In this document: positions 53,415 through 64,000 of the stretch, piece after piece
Numbering within the stretch: position 1 is the stretch's first letter
How the letters are laid out: each line of letters begins with the position of its first letter
Position numbers and translations under genes: made by a program
Origin: Octopus sinensis
Taxonomy: Eukaryota
Reading direction: 5' to 3'
DNA length: 64,000 nt
Assembly: GCF_006345805.1 (NCBI RefSeq)
Contig: NC_042998.1
Span: forward strand, 19,716,001 to 19,780,000
Notes under the pieces: model-generated
Databases searched by the model: none
What the model saw: only the letters and a program-made list of their open reading frames with translations
Told to the model about the DNA's origin: nothing

Positions 53415-54712
53415 GAAGACGTAATTATAATATATTATTTACGTATTTTTCCTATCCCTTCAAAGAAATGAACAGTAATTTATTATTTTTTTCCTATACG
53501 GATAATTCTGCAAAATAAATCTGCTCTACAGTTTCAAGTTTGTTAGTGCTTATCACTTTCTACATTGCACAAGTTACGACGTATAGACTGCCAATAAACA
53601 GAATAACGTTCTATCGGTTAAATTAATGGCTATGTTTAATGTCACCTTAGTACGATTTCTCAGATACATATATCAATTATACTTTCACAGTGTGAAAAAT
53701 ATCTTCATGTAAAAGAAAACGAAAATGACATGTAAGGTTTTTGTTGCTTATCACCAAAGATTTGAAGATGTTCTGTAAAATGAAAACTGCATGATTTAAA
53801 ATATTGATGAAACCTGCTCAAAACAATAGCTTTCCTTATTCAATATATTTCTACTCCTGAATAATTGATTTGTTTTAAGTTGTTGAAATTCATCAATATT
53901 GATCGTTTGAGTTGTTCTTACTCGATGCAAAATACTAAAATGCTAATCTGTAGGAGAAAAGAAGAAATAAAACACACATTAACATTTATCTGTTTTCTTT
54001 TATAAGAATTGGTAATAAATCTTTCAACATCGATCTGTTTAATTGTTTTTTAAGAAACAAACTACTTCAACACAGAAAATCTCACAAGAATAAAATAATT
54101 GCAGACTACTTATATTAAATTATGATTCTAAGGTTTCAAATTTTATTGCTACATAATGCAATGATTGCACTTATTGTTTTCATTCTCTCCCCTCTGTAAT
54201 ACTCAAAACGAAACATGAAACTTTACTAATTCCCAACGTATGTTGCCCTCAAATACATCAGTTATCGTGCATTTACTTTTATTCAAAACTGACTGCAACA
54301 CAATACATTTAATTATTCAATAAAAGCTAAAGTCAATGTGAAACATAACAGTGCATAATGCAGCTGAACATATTTCTTAATCACAATGCATCGGCGCTTT
54401 GCATGATGTTAACATTTCCTGACACCATGCTAGCAATTAATGTATATCTGTACTGCATGGTGGAATCCGGTAGTAAATATCACGCCCTTTATTCATCAAA
54501 TGGCATTTCATAATTGAAAGATTATTCTATATAAAACAAAACGCTTCACCTCAGCGCGTCAATATTTTATCGAATATACACCGAAATATTATACCTATTA
54601 TACTCGAATATCATGAAGTGGGAGGAAAATTATATGCAAGGTAGTCGAGCATCACGTTTTCGATCTCCTATCAGATTAAGTCGCTTAAAAGAAGTATAAT
54701 ATCCAGGAATAA

Positions 54713-56028
54713 GGCGGCGAACTGGAAGAAACGTTAGCACGCCGGGAGAAATGCGTAGCCGTATTTTGTCTGCCGCTACGTTCTGTGATCAAATTCCGCC
54801 GAGGTCGACTTTGCCTTTCATCCTTTCGGGGTCGATAAATTAAGTACCAGTTACGCACTGGGGTCGATATAAACGATTTAATCCCTTTGTCTGTTCTTGT
54901 TTGTCCCCTCTGTGTTTAGCCCCTTGTGGGCAATAAAGAAATAAGAAACGTTAGCACGCCTGGCGAAATGCGTAGCCGTATTTCGTCTGCCGTTACGTTT
55001 TGAGATCAAATTCCGCCGAGGTTGACTTTGCCTTTCATCCTTTCGGGGTCGATAAATTAAGTACCAGTTACGCACTGGGGTCGATGTAATCGACTTAATC
55101 CCTTTGTCTGTTCTTGTTTGTCCCCTCTGTGTTTAGCCTCTTGTGGGTAGTAAAGAAATAAGAAACGTTAGCACGCCTGGCGAAATGCGTAGCCGTATTT
55201 CGTCTGCCGTTACGTTCTGAGATCAAATTATGCCGAGGTCGACTTTGCCTTTCATCCTTTCGGGGTCGATAAATTAAGTACCAGTTACGCACTGGGGTCG
55301 ATATAAACGATTTAATCCATTTGTCTGTTCTTCTTTGTCCCCTCTGTGTTTAGCCCCTTGTGGGCAATAAAGAAATGGGAAACGTTAGCACGCCTGGCGA
55401 AATGCGTAGCCGTATTTCGTCTGCCGTTACGTTTTGAGATCAAATCCCGCCGAGGTTGACTTTGCCTTTCATCCTTTCGGGGTCGATAAATTAAGTACCA
55501 GTTACGCACTGGGGTCGATGTAATCGACTTAATCCCTTTGTCTGTTCTTGTTTGTCCCCTCTGTGTTTAGCCTCTTGTGGGTAGTAAAGAAATAAGAAAC
55601 GTTAGCACACGCCTGGCGAAATGCGTAGCCGTATTTCGTCTGCCGTTACGTTCTGAGATCAAATTATGCCGAGGTCGACTTTGCCTTTCATCATTTCGGG
55701 GTCGATAATTAAGTACCAGTTACGCACTGGGGTCGATATAAACGATTTAATCCCTTTGTCTGTTCTTCCTTGTCCCCTCTTGTTTTAGCCCCTTGTGGGC
55801 AATAAAGAAATGCGAAACGTTAGCACGCCTGGCGAAATGCGTAGCCGTATTTCGTCTGCCGTTACGTTCTGTGATCAAATTCCGCCGAGGTCGACTTTGC
55901 CTTTCATCCTTTCGGGGTCGATAAATTAAGTACCAGTTACGCACTGGGGTTGATGTAATCGACTTAATCCGTTTGTCTGTTCTTGTTTGTCTCCTCTATG
56001 TTTAGCACCTTGAGGGCAGTAAAAAAAG
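54713..56028 (+). repeat. Six tandem 217-bp units derived from SINE family B
   Basis: Unit starts at about 54713, 54944, 55161, 55378, 55595, 55813; alternating variants; imperfect TSD gaagtat(aat)atccagga at 54691 and 56029. Confidence 0.95.
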
Positions 56029-56442
56029 GAAGTATATCCAGGAGTATTAATATTATGCTAGTTTCAATATTTCCTTCCTCAATCTGGTATAAACTATAAA
56101 TATAAAATCTTCAACGAATTAGTTGAACAAGTAAAATCTATCATTAAAATTAATTTATATAATTTTACAATGGAAATATTCTGGGCACACTTACATTTTC
56201 TGAATGTTTTAGAAAAAAAATATTAAATAAAATGACATTGCCTCCATAATACCGAATTCTTTAGGCTTTACGGTACGAAAAATTACAAATAGGTACAAGC
56301 TTGTCTGAATGCGAATGCGATATTACTATTGCGGCAGAGTCAAGCGAAAGCTAAAAACGTATTTGGATTCTAAAAAAAGCGTTAACACGTGCTCAGCTCT
56401 ATCTATAGTCTACAATTTTCTGATATTACACTGGTCGTTTAG

Positions 56443-57049
56443 AAATAAGAAACGTTAGCACGCCTGGCGAAATGCGTAGCCGTATTTCGTCTGCCGTTAC
56501 ATTCTGAGATCAAATTCCGCTGTGGTCGACTTTGCCTTTCATCCTTTCGGGGTCGATAAATTAAGTATCAGTTACGCACTGGGGTTGATATAATCGACTT
56601 AATCCGTTTGTCGGTCCTTGTTTGTCCTCTCTGTGTTTAGCCCCTTGTGGGTAGTAAAGAAATAGGTATTTCGTCTGCTGTTACGTTCTGAGTTCCAATT
56701 CCGCCGAGGTCGACTTTGCCTTTCATCCTTTCGGGGTCGATTAAATAAGTACGAGGTATGTACTGGGATCGATCTAATCGACCCAATCCCGTTGTCTGTC
56801 CTCGTTTGTCCCCTCTATGTTTAGCCCCATGTGGGCAATAAAGAAATAAGGAACGTTAGCACGCCGAACGAAATGCTTAGTGGTATTTCGTTTGCCGTTA
56901 CGTTCTGAGTTCAAATTCGGCCGAGGTCGACTTTGCCTTTCGTCATTTCTGGCTCGATAAATTAAGCACCACTTGCGTACTGGAATCTATCTAATCGATT
57001 GACCCTCTTCCCCAAAATTTCGGGCGTTGTGCCTAGAGTAGAAAAGAAT
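56443..57049 (+). mobile_element. SINE family B trimer flanked by an 18-bp TSD
   Basis: attacactggtcgtttag (56425-56442) and attatactggtcgtttag (57050-57067); an older family B copy follows at about 57066-57280. Confidence 0.88.
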
Positions 57050-57823
57050 ATTATACTGGTCGTTTAGGCGGCCAGCTTAGAGGATCATCAGCACGTAGGG
57101 CAAGATAATTGCGGCAAATCGTCCGCTTTTACGTTTTAAGTTCAAATTCCGCCGAGGTCGACTTTGTCTCTGATGATTTCAGTTTCGATAGAATAAATAC
57201 CAGTTGCGTATTGGAGTCGATGTAATCGACTTATCTCGTCCTCGTATTTTGCTCGCCTTGTACTAAAATACTGAAATCAATACTAGAATTGTCTATAAGA
57301 TAGATAACCTCTAAATAACCGGCCACTACAATTCTTCTCAAAAGTAGGAATCTCCTGTGTGTCGTCTATTTTTAAGATAACGCCATTCAATGTACAACAC
57401 ATTAAAGTTCATTGGAAGCCCTTTTGTTAAAAACAGATGTTAACACTGATATAATAATAGCACACACCAAACAATGAATAGTGAACAATAAAGGAAAATT
57501 AAACCTGTTGCTTGCTTCAGTAGCTCGAGCTGAGTGTGCATTAAAAACAGCAACAGTAATCACAATAAGGTAATGTTTCACTGCCGTCACGCCGCACGCA
57601 ACACAATGCAGAAATATCATTAATTCTTATTGATGAAAATGCTTTTACAGGGTATAATTTCACAAACAATATACAACATAATATAAGGGTGATGAAACTT
57701 ATCTCACACCAAATAACCTTCCGGGTTGTTAGTAATAAAACGCCATTGCATATGTCTGGTAATAAAATACTTAATGCTGAGTATATAGCTTGAAAGGAAA
57801 TATTATCAGTCTTATATATTCTA

Positions 57824-58238
57824 GTTCTTTACTACCCACAAGAGGATAAACACAGAGAGGACAAACAAGGACAGACAACCGGATTAAGCCGATTATATCG
57901 ACCCTAGTGCGTAACTGGTACATATTTAATCAACCCCGAAAGGATGAAAGGCAAAGTCGACCGCGGCGGAATCTGAACTCAGAACGTAGCGGCAGACGAA
58001 ATACCTATTTCTTTACTACCCACAAGGGGCTAAACACAGAGGGGACAAACAAGGACAGACAAACGGATTAAGTCGATTACATCGACCCCAGTGCGTAAAT
58101 AGTACTTAATTTATCGACCCCGAAAGGATGAAAGGCAAAGTCGACCTCGGCAGAATTTGAACTCAGAACGTAAAGGCAGACGAAATACAGCTACGCATTT
58201 CGCCCGGTTTGCTAACGTTTCTGCCAGCTCGCCGCCTT
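57824..58238 (-). mobile_element. SINE family B dimer flanked by a TSD of about 17 bp
   Basis: tcagtcttatatattct (57807) and tcagtcctatatattct (58239); junction gtaaagaaatag/gtatttcgtctgcc on the minus strand. Confidence 0.88.
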
Positions 58239-59369
58239 TCAGTCCTATATATTCTTAGCATCTGATAACACATGATTACTGCACCGTCTTTTTCAGACAT
58301 ACGAGTAATGTGCTTAGCCTGTTACTTCCTATTGCACTAAGCAGCATTTCTCCAGGCTTTAGGTTCCGGTTTCAAATCCGCTGGGGTCGACTTTGCTTTT
58401 GATCATTTCTGGGTCGATAACATAAGTGACAGTTAAGAATTGGGGTCGATGAAGCCAACTTGCCTTTCACTTCTAAACTGCAGGCCTTGTGAAAAAGTTT
58501 ATCAAAATGACTATTATCATTCTTAAGGTGACGAGCTTAAAGATTATCTAACATGGAGGACATAAATCATTCCTGATATCCTATTATCATAATCGTTGAC
58601 ATTACTACGATTATTATTACTACCATTATACTTAGCTTTACTATTAGTTTTTATAGATTATACACTATTTTAATGTTGTTATTGTTGCATACTTCATTAT
58701 TAATATTATTTTTACTAGTACAAAATTCAAAAATTTACTTTTTAAAGTTTGTACCTTCAGGATACGTAAAATCTCCAAAATTGGTACCTGTGTGGATACG
58801 TGTGGAAGAATTTCATGCACGTCTACAGTTCGAATCTAAGAGTTCGAAGCACCTTGTGTTTAAAGTTGATGGTTAGCCCATTTACATATTTTCAGAATTC
58901 GCGTGTCGGAATCACAAATTTGAATTGTGTACTTACAGTATAAGCAAAATACCTCTTGCTGTCTCATGTATGGAGATATACCTTTCACTATACTTCTTCT
59001 GCAAGGTGTTGTAACTGTCTATATGTTTTAGTTATCCTACGTATACAGTCAATGAAATTGATTGAACCAAACAAGGATTTTCGAAAAGAGACGTATAATC
59101 TGCAGAGACATAATATGTAGAGACGTTTTTTTCTGATTTCTTTCATTACCAGAGGTGTTTATTTGGTGTCGTTAGAAAAGAAGCTTAAGATTTTAATTAA
59201 TTCTTGTTAGTAAAGATTGTCTACCACTCTTAGAGAGTATCAGTTACATTTGAAGAAACAACATAGTCAGAAGTCGAAAATAGTTGGCGCAAATAAGTTA
59301 TTAGTTAAAATACATATGTATACACACACACACACAAATATATTATATATTTGGCGATTTTTTTCCTCT

Positions 59370-59537
59370 GTCTTCCCTTCTCTGGATATTTCCTTCTCCT
59401 ATGTTTCTAACGAAGAGCTCCGCTCGAAAAGTTAAATCCTCCTTCTTTCCTTCTTTCCTGAGCGTCCAATAATACTATATTTGTTCCACGTCCTCGTGTT
59501 GTTGTGTTTTTTTGTGCTTTCTTGTTTGGATTCACTT

Positions 59538-59560
<23 letters not shown>
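59370..59560 (+). mobile_element. Penelope-like terminal repeat with degenerate hammerhead (about 59405-59437)
   Basis: gttt-CTAACGA-a-GAGC-tcc-GCTC-GAAAAGTT-aaat. Confidence 0.6.
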
Positions 59561-59568
<8 letters not shown>

Positions 59569-59574
59569 ATATAT

Positions 59575-59976
59575 AAATGTGGAAGGCCCAACTGCGGAAT
59601 CTGTGTCATCTTGGTAGAAGGTTCAGAATTTATACTAGAACAAGGCCATCAGTTCACCATTAGAACAAACTTCACCTGTGCATCAGAAAACTTAATTTAC
59701 GTCTTAACATGCGCAGGCTGCAGTAGGCAATATATAGGCCATACAAAATATAGCTTACGTAACAGGATGGCGGTGCATAAATCACAAATTAGAAACCCTG
59801 AATACCGGAAAATACCGGTCAGCGGACACATAGATAGATGTGCTGCAAATGAAAATCCGAAATTTACAACTTACCCACTTTACAAATTCAGTGACAGCGT
59901 AACCTTCACGCAACGCCAAAATAAAGAACTTTATTTCATCAAAAAATTTAGACCAAGTTTGAACACCCTGGGCTAG
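59575..59976 (+). mobile_element. Penelope-like GIY-YIG endonuclease, 5'-truncated but open reading frame
   Basis: KCGRPNCGIC..FTCASENLIYVLTCAGCSRQYIGHT..LRNRMAVHKSQI..VSGHIDRC..RQNKELYFIKKFRPSLN: Cys/His linker, IY..YIG, R..H, E and N motifs. Confidence 0.92.
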
Positions 59977-60226
59977 GAATATTAAAAGAAAACATTGGTC
60001 TTCCGAAAAAGAAAAACGAAACTCTACCACAACCACTACGACTGCTCCCACTAGCACTACTACTACTACACCCACCGTGGTCACTGTTGCTACGGCCACA
60101 GTGAGAGAATTAAAATAGTGGTGGTGGGGGCAATACAATTTCTCAGATCCTTAAACAGTCACTACCGCTAGCAGTGGTATGTCTTAGGGAAGGAAAAATT
60201 TATAAAAAGATTTTTTTCTCTGCGAG

Positions 60227-60532
60227 CAGATCTAATTTTGATTCGTCAAAAAATTGATGACGTTTTACCTCAGTGGTCAAGCTTGTCGCCATGCTTGATT
60301 GCTTTCCTTACAAGATACAATTATGGGTCAGGTCTTATTCTGATTCGTTAAAAAATTGATGACGTTTTTCTTCCGTGGTCAAACTAGTCGTTCTGCAAGG
60401 TAAACCACCTAACAGTATACAATTATGGGTCAGATCTGATTTTGATTCGCAAAAAAATTGATGACGTCTTTCTTCCGTGGTCAAACTTGTCGTTCTGCTT
60501 GGCTGGTTTCCTAAACAGGATACAGTTGGGGG
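60227..60532. repeat. Three tandem 102-bp units, diverged
   Basis: cagatct..tttgattcg..aaaaattgatgacg at 60227, 60329, 60431. Confidence 0.92.
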
Positions 60533-60854
60533 TCTATTCCTTATATTCGTTGAGGCTTGGTTTTGACTGGTTTGGAATTACATGACGTCAGTGAACAGTG
60601 CCAGAGACCACGGCCACTACTGCTTTCACAACCACAGCTTAGCTGATATAAACACAACCACCACAAAGTTTACCAAAGTACGCCAACAGACGACGACCAA
60701 GAATCACTACTGTTGCTCCCATTGGAACACAAGGTAAATCTATAATGAACTCCTGCACTACACTTGACAAAACAGTAAGGAACGACTATGGATTTTTTCT
60801 ATTATACTCCTTATAATGTATTTTTCGCCTTTTCAAGAACATAGATTCTATTGA

Positions 60855-61047
60855 ATGTATATAGCATGGACTCTATTAAATGTATGTAACAATTATGAAC
60901 TGTTCCATTATACACGTTATGTATATAGCATGGACTCTATTGAATGTATGTAACAATTATGAACTGTTCCATTATACTCTTTATGTATATAGCATGGACT
61001 CTATTGAATGTATGTAACAATTATGAACTGTTCCATTATACTCGTTA
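60855..61047. repeat. Three tandem 64-bp units, nearly identical
   Basis: atgtatatagcatggactc at 60855, 60919, 60983. Confidence 0.95.
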
Positions 61048-62687
61048 TTATAAAAAAAATTTTTTGATAAGGTTCGTTATTTCAAGAACCGAAACATGTA
61101 AAATTAAAATTTATCTAATATACTGGCATTTTCAAACTTCTTTTTTACAAATATATACCCACTCGTATACTACCTACTCTTATTATAAATTTATATATAT
61201 ATATGAAATTTATCATTAGTGCTCCGATAGGAACTCATTTTCAAATGGAAAATCTATCGGATAATGGGCATATCTTCACGATTCTACAATATATTACAAT
61301 GCAGCACAGACGAAAATTGTTGTAGTGAATAAGGAATATACATTGAAAAACAAATAATACATGAGATACAAATTGTAACAAGCCCCAAACTCAAAATATC
61401 TTATTACAAGTTCGCATTAAATACAGTGGCTGGAAAACGATTAGCCTAGATTTACTTCAAATTGCTCTCTTTTTATTGAACAACACAACAGAAATAATGA
61501 TAATACTTAACAAAAACGCTAACATTTTCATACTGCACCACCCCCAACTCTGCGTACAAATCTTTCCTCCTCGAATATGTAAAAGCTGAGACCAGTAGCA
61601 AACTTGATAACATTAGTTTCAACGCTTCTAACGTTCGGAGATTTAAATCAACGTGCTTTATTTTTCCATGTGAACTTATGATCCCAAATCTCCCTTCTTG
61701 TTGCTTTTCCCTTTGTTATTTTTTATTGTTAATTTTTTTCTTCTTTTCATTTTGTAAATAATTGTTTGAGAACTGATACTTACAATCGCAGTTGTCTGCC
61801 AATTATTTTTCACTTGTTCTGAAATTCGCAATAACAGTTAATATGTAGAATCAGATATGAATACAATAAAATCCCTCATGTTAACAGCATGCTCTATCTC
61901 TATTCCGCAGAACTAAATAAACAATTACTCTAAAACTCTTTTACTACGATTCACAGATTGAAAGACAGGACATTTTTAGATAAATCGCGAAAAGTTATTT
62001 AGAATTCTAGAAATTTGTACTATCATAATAAAACTTAATCAATGACGTTTTACATTGCTCTATCAACAATACTTTTTAATCTTTCCTTTTTCCTAACAAG
62101 GTGCAATATATTGAGGGCGTCTTCTGAGAGATACTCAAAACTGTTATTTCCAGCAATTATTTCACAATATACAGTATATCAACGCAAATAGACACCTAGT
62201 AAAGATATTCTTTTTTAATTGACTGTCACAGAATTAACTCAGAAACAGGTTTGCATATATATTCACACGCGCGCAAATACCCACACACATTCAAATACAC
62301 ACATATAAAATATGTATCTATGTATTTTATCATTTTGCAAAATTTTAACGATAATAGCCTAGAAATCAATATACATATGTTCCGGAATGAAGGTAAACGA
62401 GTAAAGAGCATGGAATGAAATTTTCAACCAATCTTTTCCACCAATTTCACACTGCTCCCAAAATATCTCAGAATAACTTCAGAAGAAAAAGATTGTGAGC
62501 GAAGCACCCTAAGGTGAGACAAGAAAGATCAAGTGTAGAGATGGCGAACGACACGTGTTACAGAATGAGAATGGAATATGATTGTGCATTGCTGACCTAC
62601 CAGTTTATGATGCCAAACTCACTGTATTTATTGGCCTTCATTATATTTCTAAAATCTCACAAAACTGTTTCTGTCTTTCACTCATAA

Positions 62688-62930
62688 AACTTAGATGTGT
62701 TTCGACCAATGATTGATCTAGGCCATGTCTAACTTAATAGCACCACCTGATAGGATTATTTGAATCCTGTTTAAGTCAAGTTTTGTTTATGGTCCATTCA
62801 AGTAGTGAGTTTTTGTTGGGTGAGTTGTATCCAGTTATGGGGGGCTTATCTTGTATTCCTTGAAGGAATCTATCCAGACTCCATTTAAAGTTGATGGGAT
62901 CATGTTCCTCTTTGACCTCTTTCGGGACAC
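62688..62930 (-). mobile_element. 3' end of the same LINE family as 52755-53050
   Basis: Reverse-complement similarity; reads NSLLEWTINKT*. Confidence 0.85.
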
Positions 62931-63310
62931 ACATAACAAGAGGTTTTTCTTCAGCATCATGCTACCATGAGAATATATACACTGTATATGATACAGAACT
63001 ATAAATATCATACCTACGTATCATACCTATAAAGTAGAAAGCAGTTATATCACAGGAGTTATATTCAGGAAATATATTCTACGAGTCTAACAATTTTCAA
63101 TCAAACTTTAGTAGTCTTTGAAATGTAGACGTGCATACGCGTACGCGCGTATGGAGGAGGGAGTGTTTTCCTGACTCCAGTTCGACCTCATTTGTTTCTA
63201 TATGTTTTGTGAATGAAAGAATATGGACTGAAAGTTATTATATGAGTGTATGAGTGAGTGTGCTTTAATGTATGCAAATACGTGTCTATCCATATATATC
63301 GTCGAATATG

Positions 63311-63390
<80 letters not shown>

Positions 63391-63391
63391 A

Positions 63392-63551
63392 TGCTAACGT
63401 CCCCGTAACCTAGCGGTTCGGCAAAAGAGACGGTATAGAATAAGTACCAGGCTTACAAAGAATAAGTTCTGGGGTCGATCTGCTCGACTAAAGACGGTGT
63501 TCCAGCATGACCGCTGTCAAGTGACTGAAACAAGTAAAAGAGTAAAAGAGT
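63392..63551 (+). mobile_element. SINE family A, 3' part
   Basis: cgtccccgtaacctagcggttcggc ... gactgaaacaagtaaaagag. Confidence 0.88.
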
Positions 63552-64000
63552 ATATGCTCTTAAATTACCATAGCAGCACGAGGGTGTCAACATCATGCTG
63601 GAAATAAAACTTCACATTCCTAAATCATTACTTGACATGACCGACTGTCACGGCAACTTCAAGAAAATGGTACCAGTCAGATTAATATCGAAAATTAATG
63701 CTATAGCTATTTCTTTACGTTTGGGGCTGTACCATACTGCAACTCCTTGTTTTCACCCCTAATCTCAGCTCCCTATAAATGAAATTGTTGCGGTATACTC
63801 TGATCTCAAACAAGCAGTTGTGTGATTTTCAGTAACACATTCGAACTATAGAGTTATTTAACTAAACAACTTACTGCCGCAAGGTATTGACTAATGGGAC
63901 CTTCGCAAAATATTGGTTTCTAATTTGGCACAAAGCCAGGAATTTCAGAGTAGAATGTAAGTGAATTATATCGGCTCCTTTGCTAAACTGGTACCTGTTT

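Noticed and set aside
54878-55944. Four near-identical 65-aa ORFs (MRNWYLIYRP..) that look like a small gene family
   Set aside because: Antisense frames of the SINE-derived 217-bp units, with GTG starts; same peptide appears in isolated SINE copies
54713-61047. CRISPR-like interpretation of the regular repeats
   Set aside because: Units are contiguous with no unique spacers, unit sizes are 64-217 bp, no cas genes, eukaryotic context

Overview
AT-rich animal genomic DNA. The SINE families are ones I associate with octopus, so the organism call is an inference. No intact host gene, tRNA or rRNA is recognisable. The window is a mosaic of (AT)n/(AC)n/(ATAG)n microsatellites and mobile elements: several tRNA-derived SINE families, Penelope-like fragments (one GIY-YIG endonuclease, several hammerhead-ribozyme-like termini), a decayed Helitron helicase interrupted by an RTE LINE, three non-autonomous Helitrons, R4-like and CR1/L2-like LINE ends, two Tc1/mariner relics and MITE-like foldbacks. 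Four things stand out. (1) One SINE family occurs as dimers, a trimer and a hexamer, each flanked by a single target-site duplication and reusing the same junctions, which suggests a multimeric or circular RNA template. (2) An inverted pair of hammerhead motifs has one canonical core and one G5A core. (3) Inverted duplications recur at (AT)n tracts. (4) The unique DNA between repeats reads like decayed, intronless coding sequence (Cys-rich and U-box-like patches), possibly an old large viral or giant-transposon insertion; this is unverified. Coordinates were read by eye and many element ends are approximate.
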